Source of the DNA: an uncultured delta proteobacterium
Lineage (GTDB): Bacteria; Desulfobacterota; Binatia; Binatales; Binataceae
NCBI GenBank assembly: GCA_963808235.1
Contig: CAWEEQ010000004.1
Coordinates: 2,848,001 to 2,912,000 of the forward strand
Direction of reading: 5' to 3'
DNA length: 64,000 nt
Shown here: one piece after another, positions 28,943 to 37,903 of the stretch
Numbering within the stretch: the stretch's first letter is position 1
Layout of the letters: each line of letters opens with the position of its first letter
The notes under the pieces: generated by a model
What the model was told of the DNA's origin: nothing
Databases searched by the model: none
Seen by the model: the letters and a program-made list of their open reading frames with translations, nothing else
Program-made: the position numbers and the translations under genes

Positions 28943-30709
28943 CTACCATCCGATCACTTGCGCAGGCATTGCCGGAATCGCCTGCCCGCGCGGATCGGCG
29001 CCGCCCGCCAGCACACCGGTCGTTGTGTCGATCTGCACTGCGAGCACGTGACCCTCTGACCAAGGTGGCCTGACTTCTATCTTATGGCCACGAGCCGCCA
29101 ATTCGTCGCGGACCTTGTCGGGCACTCGATCCTCAACTCGCAGCACGCCGGGAAGGCTGCCGTGCGGATAGAACGTCGCCGGAAAGTGCGGGGTCGAAAA
29201 TTTCGGCGCCTCGATCGCGGTCTGCAGGTCCATCCCGAAATCGATCGCGTTCAGGAAGAATTGCAGCGTCCATTGATCCTGCTGATCGCCGCCCGGTGTG
29301 CCGAACGCCAGATACGGCTCGCCCGCGCGCATCGCAAGCGACGGCGAAAGCGTGGTACGCGGCCGCTTGCCGGGCTTGAGCGCATTGGGATGGTGCTCAT
29401 CGAGAAAGAAAGTTTGCATCCGGGTTCCCAGCGGAAAGCCGAGCGCCTCGATCACCGGGGAACTCGGAATCCAGCCACCGCTCGCGGTGACCGCAATCAT
29501 GTTGCCGCCGTGATCGGCCGCCGTGACATGAATCGTTCCACTGCCCCACGGACGCGCGTCGGGAGCGGCGTCGCCGCGCAATGCGCGCATCGCACGAGGA
29601 TCGCCAGGCCGCTGCTCCATCGAGGCATGATGCGAATTGATAAGCTCGCGGCGAATCGCGGCATACCGATCGCTGAGCAATGCGTCGATTGGTACATCGA
29701 TGAATTCAGGGTCGCCGTAATACGCCTCCCGATCGGCGAACGAAAGTTTGGCGGCTTCGATCACGCAATGGATGTAATCGGCGGAGTTGTGGCCCATCGC
29801 CGCGAGATCGAACCCTTCGAGCAGCTTTAGTTGTTGCAGAAAGACCGGCCCTTGCGACCACGGCCCGCATTTGAAGACGGTGACACCGCGATAGTCGGCG
29901 CTCACCGGCGCTTCGATTCGAGTGGTGAAACTTTCGAGATCGGACCCGGCGAGCAATCCACCGTTGGAGTCCGACCACGCGACGATCTCGCGCGCGATAT
30001 CGCCGCGATAGAAACGCTCGCGCGCAGCATCGAGCGCACTCTTGCGTCCGCGATTTTTCGCGCCCGCTTCCGCATCGAGCACCCGCTTGAAGAAATTTGC
30101 GAGCGCAGGATTTTTGATCACCGCGCCGGGCCGCGGCACTTTCCCATCGGGCATGTAGACACGCGCCGACGACGGCCACTTGGTCAGAAACCGCTTTGCG
30201 TTCTGACCAATCGATGCGCCCGCTCCGGCAATTACTTCGGTGTCGCTTCCGTCGATACCGGACAAACCAACATGCATCGGAAATCCGTCTGCCGCGAGTG
30301 CGAGCGCAGGCTCGATCACTTCGGCAAGCGATTTCGTTCCGAACTCGCCAAGCGCCGTCACGATCGCGTCGAAAGCCGCGGGAACTCCTGCCGCCAGCAG
30401 GCCGGCGCCAGGAATCAGTTCGACTCCGAGCGAGCGATAGTGCTCAATCGTGGCCCGTGCGGGCGCCATCATATTGCCGTTGATCGCGATCACGCGGCGA
30501 GCAGATGCCGAGTAAATCAGCATCGGCGCTTCGCCTCCGATTGTATGCATGTGCGGATTCACTACGCCTTCGACAAATGTTGCAGCCAACGCAGCATCAA
30601 TTGCATTGCCGCCACGAGCGAAGATCTGCGCACCTGCGGCCGCTGACAGGTAATGCTCGGTCGCAATAATCGCGCGGCGCCCCATTATAAGCGGGTAAAT
30701 CGTTGTCAT
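28943..30709 (-). CDS. ggt: Gamma-glutamyltransferase family protein
   Basis: GGNAIDA, FYRGDIA, catalytic Thr in GTIHVTAAD, PGKRPRTTLSP, GTPGGD, GADPR. Confidence 0.92.
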   Translation of the reverse strand: MTTIYPLIMGRRAIIATEHYLSAAAGAQIFARGGNAIDAALAATFVEGVVNPHMHTIGGEAPMLIYSASARRVIAINGNMMAPARATIEHYRSLGVELIPGAGLLAAGVPAAFDAIVTALGEFGTKSLAEVIEPALALAADGFPMHVGLSGIDGSDTEVIAGAGASIGQNAKRFLTKWPSSARVYMPDGKVPRPGAVIKNPALANFFKRVLDAEAGAKNRGRKSALDAARERFYRGDIAREIVAWSDSNGGLLAGSDLESFTTRIEAPVSADYRGVTVFKCGPWSQGPVFLQQLKLLEGFDLAAMGHNSADYIHCVIEAAKLSFADREAYYGDPEFIDVPIDALLSDRYAAIRRELINSHHASMEQRPGDPRAMRALRGDAAPDARPWGSGTIHVTAADHGGNMIAVTASGGWIPSSPVIEALGFPLGTRMQTFFLDEHHPNALKPGKRPRTTLSPSLAMRAGEPYLAFGTPGGDQQDQWTLQFFLNAIDFGMDLQTAIEAPKFSTPHFPATFYPHGSLPGVLRVEDRVPDKVRDELAARGHKIEVRPPWSEGHVLAVQIDTTTGVLAGGADPRGQAIPAMPAQVIGW

Positions 30710-30955
30710 AAGTGAGTAATTCTTCCCGAAGTGAGAGTTTTCGCGGTTAATGCTACGTATCCTTGTTAAAGTCTACGACGCGAATTTGGCAAAATGATGA
30801 CCGTAAACGGATGATGCGAAAAATTGGTCCGCTGGTCATTGTCGCCGAATCTCTCCCCTTTACCGCGACCATATCCGAAAAAATCATTGAAATGTAGGGT
30901 TTTCCACACCTCTGGATAACTGAAACTCGCGCCCCTCTGAGAACGTCTAAATATT

Positions 30956-30972
30956 TAGGCCCGAAGCTTGCT
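30956..30972 (+). promoter_or_regulatory. Candidate sigma54 -24/-12 promoter
   Basis: TAGGCCCGAAGCTTGCT, GG-N10-GC with TTGC, about 60 nt upstream of a small ORF, with AT-rich upstream DNA. Confidence 0.6.
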
Positions 30973-31031
30973 AGTATGGTGGGCAGGATGATGCGGACCG
31001 GAACTACCGGATGACGTGGAGGGGTAACAAT

Positions 31032-31238
31032 ATGATGACGAGCACAATCTCAGAAGCAGTTGCCGGAAGGCATTGTAAACTGCAAAAACCAGTGCGAGAC
31101 CACGAAGGACGAAGTCGATTCGCGGAACAACCACGCATCTTGCGCGAGGTAAATAATCTCGATCGACGCATGTACCTGGTGCAGTTCGATGACGGCGCAA
31201 CCACGTTCCTTTTCCCCGATGAGGTAGTGGTCGAGTAG
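31032..31238 (+). CDS. Small hypothetical protein (68 aa), beta-rich
   Basis: GGAGGGG RBS; ends MYLVQFDDGATTFLFPDEVVVE, an SH3/KOW-like pattern. Confidence 0.7.
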   Translation: MMTSTISEAVAGRHCKLQKPVRDHEGRSRFAEQPRILREVNNLDRRMYLVQFDDGATTFLFPDEVVVE

Positions 31239-31686
31239 TTAAGTGCAGCGTCGCGCTTGCAGTGCGCACGCACTGTACGCGGCGGCGAAGATCGCGCCCC
31301 TGATAGATAGCATGACGCTTGAGTCCGTACGGATTCAGACGCACCGCTTGATACGCGCTGCAAATGTTGAAACCGCGCGGACGGTTTGAAATCGATCGCG
31401 CGTACCCCGATTGCCGTCCCTTACCTACCGAATCTGAACCTTCGAGTACTTTTCACTTTTCACTTTTTCACTCCTCGCCCAAATCCGCATGCGCCCAGCG
31501 AGAAAGACGCAAAACTACGGGCGCTTGCGTGAATTTGAAACCGCAAGACAACCTTAGGCCGCCAAAATTAATTTTGAAATTAAACAAATTGTTGATGCGC
31601 TAGACACGCGGATTGACGGTGTCTATCGTCTATCAAGTCGTTCGGAGCGTGGGCGAAAAAGTACCGGACGAAGAATGGGAGGAATC

Positions 31687-32223
31687 ATGACCAGGGGGAA
31701 AAATTGTTTGAGTCTGATCGGGGGAGTCGCTGCGTTCCTACTCGTCCTCACTCCAAGTGCATTTGCGAAGCATTCGGGTGCGGGCCGACAGGCCACAGTG
31801 GATTGCGGGGACGGAGTGATCACGTATTCTCCGAGCACGATTTGGCCACCGAACCACAACATGCAACTGATCGACATCAGCTTCGCCGAGACGGAGACGA
31901 CGGATGGCGATACGCTCGGCCTCCAGGTGACCGGCATCACTTCGAACCAGCAGACCGAAGACGATGCCGGCGGCGCGGGATGCGGTCCGGACACCGCCAA
32001 GCAGGGTCCTGACTTCATCTTCGACGACACACCAGTCACAGGGACCGCCGGTGACGACGTCGACCCCGTACCGACATCGGTGCAGGTACGTGCCGAACGA
32101 TGCGCCAAAGACAAGACGGCGCGCGTTTACACCATCGACGTCACGTGCAGTGATGAGGGCGCCACGGATGACGTGCAGTTGTTCGTCACGGTCTCGCACG
32201 ACAAGGGCAAGCACGGACACTAA
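31687..32223 (+). CDS. Secreted protein consisting of a single WPPNH...RAER...RVYTI Ig-like domain
   Basis: GGAGG RBS, signal peptide (AFA), motifs IWPPNHNM, VRAERC, RVYTIDVTCSD. Confidence 0.75.
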   Translation: MTRGKNCLSLIGGVAAFLLVLTPSAFAKHSGAGRQATVDCGDGVITYSPSTIWPPNHNMQLIDISFAETETTDGDTLGLQVTGITSNQQTEDDAGGAGCGPDTAKQGPDFIFDDTPVTGTAGDDVDPVPTSVQVRAERCAKDKTARVYTIDVTCSDEGATDDVQLFVTVSHDKGKHGH

Positions 32224-32243
32224 ACCGACTCGTGAATGACTAT

Positions 32244-32277
32244 GAAGCCGCGTCCGTAATAGGGCGCGGCTTTCTTA
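32244..32277. terminator. Hairpin terminator between convergent genes
   Basis: AAGCCGCGTCC-gtaata-GGGCGCGGCTTtctt. Confidence 0.75.
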
Positions 32278-32296
32278 TTGGCGGTTAATTGATCGC

Positions 32297-33349
32297 TCAG
32301 ATTCCGGCGGTGAAAATCGCGTCGGCGTCGGTGCCGGCCAGACAAGAATCGACGAACGCGCGATCCGCCCCGCGGAGCGCCGCGTACCCTTCACGCAGCC
32401 AGTTGAGGCATTTGCCTTGATACGGGAACGGCTGCTGTATCCATGGGCGCCCGTCGATCTCACACTCGACTCGCTCGGCATGCCTACTGAGCGCGCGAGC
32501 GTTTGCGATCAGGAACGGCGCGTACACGCGGCCGATCTCGGCGAAGAAACCCCGCATCGTCGGTGCAAGCTTGTCGCGCGGAGTCCATTCCTTCGCTTCG
32601 AGCCCCGACAGATCGTCCATATGCGACACCCAGGATACGACGCGCGGCGTCTCGCGCGCGGCGATCGCAGCCGGAGTCGGATCGAAATGCGCAAGCTGGC
32701 TTAGCTGCCCGAAGAGTCCGAAATCAGCGACTCCCGGCCGCCCACCCATCAGGAAGTAGCGGCCCGCTTTCAGATGATCGTCGAGCAGATGGAGCAGACG
32801 GCGGTAACTGTCCTCGATCACCGGCGCCGTGATCTCGTTCGAGCCGACCACGCGCAAGCGGGCGATTTGCCGCTCAGCAATATACGACGACAGCTTTGCG
32901 AGAGCGTCGTCGCCGAGATGCAAGTCGCGATCGAGCGCAAGGACGTGCGAAGCCTTCTGGATATCGGCGTCGTACTTCCATCGGTAGTGAAACATCGGCT
33001 TGGTCAGCCACTCGTCGGCGTAGTCCTCGACCAGCTCCTGTATAAAAGCGAGCGCTGGATCCGGCGGAACCAGCGAGCGCTCGGGATACATCGACTCGAG
33101 GCGTTTGATCTGAAAGGTGGAATCGATCATGACCTCATCGGAAGTGGCCTCCTCGCGGGCTCCGTCGCGGCCGGGGAAGACAAGCACCGGGATCAGCGCG
33201 ACCGGCACCGGCGGAATCCCGACGTCGGCGGAAGAGCCGCGCATAATCCATCGAAACGGAATCCGTCGATAGCGCATTACCGCGCGCATCTTGCGCGAGT
33301 AAGGCGATCCGTAGCCGCCGACGAGTTTCAAAATGGGGATCTGGGTCAT
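32297..33349 (-). CDS. Glutathione S-transferase-like protein
   Basis: GSPYSRKMRA, IPVL, IDST, LMGGRPGVADF. Confidence 0.85.
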   Translation of the reverse strand: MTQIPILKLVGGYGSPYSRKMRAVMRYRRIPFRWIMRGSSADVGIPPVPVALIPVLVFPGRDGAREEATSDEVMIDSTFQIKRLESMYPERSLVPPDPALAFIQELVEDYADEWLTKPMFHYRWKYDADIQKASHVLALDRDLHLGDDALAKLSSYIAERQIARLRVVGSNEITAPVIEDSYRRLLHLLDDHLKAGRYFLMGGRPGVADFGLFGQLSQLAHFDPTPAAIAARETPRVVSWVSHMDDLSGLEAKEWTPRDKLAPTMRGFFAEIGRVYAPFLIANARALSRHAERVECEIDGRPWIQQPFPYQGKCLNWLREGYAALRGADRAFVDSCLAGTDADAIFTAGI

Positions 33350-33365
33350 TTTGTGAGCCTTGCCG

Positions 33366-33833
33366 TTACTTGCCGCGGTGGTGGCGCGGGCGATCGTCGC
33401 GGCCCTCGGTCTGCGCCTTTTTCCAGTAGCCCCAGGGGTTGTGCACGAGTTCCAGTTTTATTCCGTCAGGATCGGCGAAGAAGACGGCGTAGTAATTCTG
33501 GCCGTACTGCGGATACTCGGCGGGAGTATCGAGAATCGTGATTTTTTCGCGGACCAGGAAGCGGTGGAATTCGTCAACGTCGGCGCGGGAGCGGGCGCGG
33601 AATGCGATGTGATGGAGGCCGACGCGGTAGCGATCGAATTGCGCGCCGCGATTTGGGTCCGATGCGGGGCGAATCGCGAGCGTCATGTGCGCGTTGGACC
33701 AGTAGATGTAATTTTCGTTCTCGCCTTTGCGAAATCCGAGTTCGCCGAGCACTTGGTCGTAGAAGGCGCGCGAGCGGGCGACTTCGTTCACGGTCAGATC
33801 GATGTGTTCGATACCAAAGACTTCGATTGGCAT
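33366..33833 (-). CDS. VOC/glyoxalase family protein
   Basis: HIDLTV, GLHHIAF, YYAVFFADPDGIKLE. Confidence 0.9.
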   Translation of the reverse strand: MPIEVFGIEHIDLTVNEVARSRAFYDQVLGELGFRKGENENYIYWSNAHMTLAIRPASDPNRGAQFDRYRVGLHHIAFRARSRADVDEFHRFLVREKITILDTPAEYPQYGQNYYAVFFADPDGIKLELVHNPWGYWKKAQTEGRDDRPRHHRGK

Positions 33834-33840
33834 GCGATTC

Positions 33841-34398
33841 TCAGCGGCGCTCGAGGTCGAGGAAGTCGCGGGCGCGGTAGAGGGCGGCGATCGTTTTTGC
33901 GTCGATGATGTCGCCGCGCCGGATCATCGCGAATGTCTCCTCGAATGGAACGCGGCTAACGCGAATTACCTCGTCGTGATCGAGTGAGCCCGCGCCCGCC
34001 GATAACTCCCGCGCGAGAAAGAGTTCGATTCGCTCATCGCAGAAACTTGGGATGGTGACGATCGCGCCCAGACGGTCCCATCGCGCGGCCGCCAGGCTGG
34101 CCTCTTCGCCGAGTTCTCGGCGCGCGCATTGAAGGAAATCTTCGCCCGAGTTGCGGCATCCGGCGGGGATTTCCGAGAGCCATCCGCCGATCGCATGACG
34201 ATACTGGGTGAGCATCGCGACTTGCTGGTTGTCATCGAGGGCGACGATCGCGCTAGCGCCGGGATGGCGGATTACGGCGAGATCGACTTGTTTGCCGCCC
34301 GGGAGCTCGGCGGTCTCGATTCCGAGATCGACAACTCCAAGTTTGAGCACGGGCCTGCGATTGGAAGACATTGTGAAGTTAAACCTAGGAATAAACAT
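33841..34398 (-). CDS. NUDIX hydrolase (ADP-ribose pyrophosphatase-like)
   Basis: IRHPGA, QYRH, EIPAG...ARRELGEE, IIDAKT. Start 34398 or 34371. Confidence 0.88.
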   Translation of the reverse strand: MFIPRFNFTMSSNRRPVLKLGVVDLGIETAELPGGKQVDLAVIRHPGASAIVALDDNQQVAMLTQYRHAIGGWLSEIPAGCRNSGEDFLQCARRELGEEASLAAARWDRLGAIVTIPSFCDERIELFLARELSAGAGSLDHDEVIRVSRVPFEETFAMIRRGDIIDAKTIAALYRARDFLDLERR

Positions 34399-34675
34399 GG
34401 GCGAGCCGTAGGGCTCGTGCAAGCGCGGGCGAGAGGGCAACGGGCATTTGCGGACGGGTGCGGAACGCACCGGGGACAGGGTCAAGAGTACACTACTATA
34501 GTGGGAAAGTATAGAGGAAACCCAAGGGATGGGAAAAAGATCCGGATGCGAAACCCATAGTGGGTTTCGCGCTTCCTCTGGTGGGAGAAAAAGATCAAGG
34601 ATGCGACGCATCGCGCCTGTTGGAAGGGTTAGTGCTGAGAAGATCGTTCTCTGTATTGCTGTTGATCCGCAGAAC

Positions 34676-34737
34676 CCCTCACCTACCGGGCCGCTGGGCG
34701 GCTGGCCTCCTCTCCGGTGAAAATAACGGGCGAGGTA
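34676..34737 (+). repeat. Degenerate CCCTCACC...CTCTCC...GGGCGAGG palindromic element
   Basis: Same layout as 35741-35778 and 36988-37075. Confidence 0.55.
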
Positions 34738-34781
34738 ACGAATTGCGGGCGTCGTGGGAGTGCGGGAGTATCGGAGACATC

Positions 34782-35387
34782 ATGGAGCGGGTGCGGATTC
34801 CGATTTATTTCGATTATGCGTCGACGCTTTGCTATATCGCATGGCGGATTGTGGGGCAGCTCGAAACTGAGCTTAGGTTTGAGGCGCTGTGGAAGGGGGT
34901 GCCGATTGCGTTGCGCGATTTTCGGGCCAAGCCCGGGCGGGTGCTGGGCGAGCGCGAGCGGCAGAAGGTGTTGTTGGTCGCGGCTGAGACGGGAATTTTA
35001 GTTGCGCCGCCGGCGAGCTGGATCGATTCGGGGGCGGCACTGCAGGGATCGGAGCTGGCGCGCGATGCAGGGGTTTTTCGGGCGTATCATGACGGTGTGT
35101 TTCGCGCGGCGTTCGATGAGGGTGGCGATATTTCGCGGCTTGAATTGCTGGAGGGAATTGCGGAGCGGGCGGGGATGGATCGAGGCGAGTTTCGCGCCGG
35201 GGTCGAGAGCGGACGGATGGAAGCGCGGTTGGAGGATAACAAAAGAGAAGCTGAGGAATTTTCCGCGCTTGGGTATCCGACTTTCATCCTTGGTGATTTT
35301 CCGATGATCGGGATTCAGCCGATCGAATCGATGCGGCTCTTGCTTGGGCGGTTTATTCGGCAGCGTAGTGGGGAGCCGAATGCTTGA
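34782..35387 (+). CDS. DsbA/HCCA-isomerase family thioredoxin-fold protein
   Basis: IYFDYASTLCY (SxxC) and cis-Pro motif GYPTF. Confidence 0.85.
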   Translation: MERVRIPIYFDYASTLCYIAWRIVGQLETELRFEALWKGVPIALRDFRAKPGRVLGERERQKVLLVAAETGILVAPPASWIDSGAALQGSELARDAGVFRAYHDGVFRAAFDEGGDISRLELLEGIAERAGMDRGEFRAGVESGRMEARLEDNKREAEEFSALGYPTFILGDFPMIGIQPIESMRLLLGRFIRQRSGEPNA

Positions 35388-35399
35388 GCTGAATTCCGG

Positions 35400-36030
35400 C
35401 GCCGTCTCCCGATTGTGCGGATCGCGACGTTAGTCGCGAGCCGCGGGAGAGGTCAGATCGACGTGGCAGGCGTGTCGCCGGTGCGGGAGATGGCGTGGTG
35501 TGATTGACGTTGAGAAAGATCCCGGATTCTTCGCTGCGCTCAGAATGACACGGACAAAAAATAGAAAGACGCAAAACAGTTGTCGTCTTGGCGGTGGCTT
35601 TGAAGTTCGGCGATAACTTCTCTCGACGCGAATCGCGTCGACCTCTCCTTTCCTTGGACATAAGAGCATAACCCTAGCGCGGCTTTCGGAGCAGAGCAGA
35701 ATCTTGAATCGCGCGCCAAAAAAGGCGCGCTGGATAAGGTCCCTCACCTGCAATCCTCTCCCATCGGGAGAGAGGGGATGATGCCGCGACCAGGTATGCA
35801 TAGCCTTCTTGGACAAGGAGAGGTGAGATCGGCCTGGCGAGCGTGTCGCTGGCTCGAGTGATGGTGTGGTGGGATTCGCGTTGAGAAAGATCCGGGGTCC
35901 CTCGGCTTCGCTCGGGATGACACAAAGATAAGAATTGCGCTTGGGCGTGAGCTTTGGCCCGCATCGCGATTTCGACTGGCTTACTGGCTTACCTAACCCC
36001 TAACCCCTTCCCTTGAGGGAAGGGGAACAA
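35400..36030. repeat. Mosaic cluster of REP-like palindromes, including a ~106-bp degenerate direct repeat
   Basis: 35446-35551 vs 35817-35923 align along their length. Contains GATTCTTCGCTGCGCTCAGAATGAC-type and CCCTCACC/GGGAGAGG-type hairpins. Confidence 0.8.
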
Positions 36031-36057
36031 TCGCTTTTATTTTGAGCGCGGCAAGAA

Positions 36058-36894
36058 CTAGCGGGCGAGGAAGACTGGGCAGGGGGAGTTGCGCAGGACG
36101 TACTCGGTGGTCGAGCCCAGGACCATCTCGATGATCCGGCTGTGGCCGTAGGCGCCGATGAAGAGCAGGTCGGCATCGTACTCTTTGAGGAATTTGACGA
36201 CTTCTTCGTTGGCGTGTCCTTGCAATAATTTGAACTCTGCCTTCGGGGTGTAGTTTTCGAAATAGACCTTCGCCTCGGAGAGCGTGCGTTCGCCGAGCTT
36301 TGCATCGCGCGCGACCGTGACGACGGTGAGCGGCACGCCGAGGACGTTGGCAAACTCCGCTGCCGAGCGCATCGCACGCGAGGCGCGCTCGCTGCCGTCG
36401 TAGGCGAGGACCGGGCGTTTCACTTCTCTGAAGCGATTGGGCGAGATGAACATCTGGCGCGGCGATTTGCGCGCCACGCTTTCCGCGGTCGAGCCGAGGA
36501 GCCCGGTCGAAAAGCGCTCGTTGACGCCGCGGTGGCCGATCATCACGAGATCGGCGCTGCGGGCGCGATCGCAAATCTGGTTGGCGACGATGCCCATATC
36601 GAGGACGGTCTCGACGCCGAGGTTCTCGCGCTTTGCCGAGGCGGTGAATTCGTCGAGCACTTCGCGGCCGCGCGTGGTCAGCACCTCGCGCATCTTGGAG
36701 GAGAAATCCAGATATGGTTCCAGCCCGAGCGAACCTGATATATCATGGAAAAACGAGCCTTCGATCGAAACGATATCGACGACGTGCAGACCGATAAGGG
36801 TGGCACTGAAAAGGCGGGCGAAATAAAAAGCATACGCCTGTGCGTTGCGGGAATGTTCGGAGGTGTCGATACCGACGAGGATTTTTTTGATCAA
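36058..36894 (-). CDS. Universal stress protein, tandem USP domains
   Basis: KKILVGIDTS, GHRG...LLGST; AYDGS, GAYGHSR...GSTT; GGAGG RBS with TTG start. Confidence 0.92.
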   Translation of the reverse strand: MIKKILVGIDTSEHSRNAQAYAFYFARLFSATLIGLHVVDIVSIEGSFFHDISGSLGLEPYLDFSSKMREVLTTRGREVLDEFTASAKRENLGVETVLDMGIVANQICDRARSADLVMIGHRGVNERFSTGLLGSTAESVARKSPRQMFISPNRFREVKRPVLAYDGSERASRAMRSAAEFANVLGVPLTVVTVARDAKLGERTLSEAKVYFENYTPKAEFKLLQGHANEEVVKFLKEYDADLLFIGAYGHSRIIEMVLGSTTEYVLRNSPCPVFLAR

Positions 36895-36987
36895 GTGGGT
36901 GACCTCCGCGCCAGCTATCGCGATAACATGAGGCGCGGTGAAGCCTCAAGAGGGTGCGAAGATTGCGCGTGGAGCTTGAGTCGGGGG

Positions 36988-37075
36988 GCCCTCATCCGTC
37001 GCGCGACATGAATGTCGCGGGACGACCTCTCCCGGTTTGCGGATCGCGACGTAGTAGCGAGCCGCGGGAGAGGTA
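36988..37075 (+). repeat. Palindromic REP-like element
   Basis: CCCTCATCCG...CCTCTCCC...GCGGATCGCGACGT...GCGAGCCGCGGGAGAGGT; the 3' half matches 35417-35453. Confidence 0.75.
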
Positions 37076-37097
37076 GGATAGCGATGGTGGAGAAGAT

Positions 37098-37391
37098 ATG
37101 AGCGAGTTGAGTGAGGCGCGGGTTATGAAAATCGTCGACGAGCTTGCGGAGGCGGCGGAGCGGGTGGGACTCACGGTCCGGCGCGAAAAGATCCTGCGCG
37201 AAATCGGCTATCGCACTCGCGGCGGCTCGTGCCGGCTGCGCGAGCGCGACCTGGTGATCATCGATCGCGACCAGCCGGCGTCCGAGCAGCTCGAAGTGAT
37301 CGCGGAGGCGCTGCGCTCGCGCGACCTCGAAAGTGTCTATCTATCGCCGGCGGCGCGGCGCGTCGTTCACGTCGGAGAGACCCAAACCTGA
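37098..37391 (+). CDS. Hypothetical protein (97 aa) upstream of fur
   Basis: GGAG RBS, plausible composition (GGSCRL, VYLSPAAR); ends 8 nt before fur. Confidence 0.75.
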   Translation: MSELSEARVMKIVDELAEAAERVGLTVRREKILREIGYRTRGGSCRLRERDLVIIDRDQPASEQLEVIAEALRSRDLESVYLSPAARRVVHVGETQT

Positions 37392-37399
37392 GTGCCGAG

Positions 37400-37903
37400 A
37401 TGCCTCGTCCGGGCGAAACCGCGTCGGCCGGTCATACTGTAATCGACCGCAAACCCGCGATCAGCGCGGAAGAGCGGATGCAGACCTTCCACGCGCGGCT
37501 GAAAGAGCGCGGACTCAAATCGACCGGCCAGCGCGACGATATCGCACGCGTGTTCTTCGACTTGGGGCATCATATAAGCGCCGAGGAATTGTATGCCGAG
37601 GTCAAGAAGATCAATCCTCATGTCGGTTACGCGACGATCTACCGCACGCTGCGGCTGCTGAAAGAATGCGTGCTTCTTTATGAGCGGCATTTCGACGAGG
37701 GGCAGGCGCGCTACGAGGCAGTCGGCGAGCGGCATCACGATCATTTTATCTGCGAGCGATGCGGGCGGATTATCGAGTTCGAAAATGCGGCGATCGAGCG
37801 GATGCAGAATATCGTGGCGCGCGATCTCGGGGTGACGCTGACGCGGCATAAGATGGAGCTTTACGGAATCTGCGCCGATTGCCACGCTGAACAGAGAATG
37901 TGA
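37400..37903 (+). CDS. fur: Fur-family transcriptional regulator
   Basis: TGQR, HISAEELY, ATIYRTL, HHDHFICERCG, LYGICADC. Confidence 0.9.
   Translation: MPRPGETASAGHTVIDRKPAISAEERMQTFHARLKERGLKSTGQRDDIARVFFDLGHHISAEELYAEVKKINPHVGYATIYRTLRLLKECVLLYERHFDEGQARYEAVGERHHDHFICERCGRIIEFENAAIERMQNIVARDLGVTLTRHKMELYGICADCHAEQRM

Noticed and set aside
30900-30960. Chromosomal origin suggested by DnaA-box-like pair
   Set aside because: Only two boxes, no dnaA or dnaN nearby, and no clear unwinding element.
35400-36030. Possible CRISPR array or coding ORFs in the repeat cluster
   Set aside because: Repeats are degenerate and irregularly spaced, no cas genes are present, and the ORFs are just translations of palindromes.
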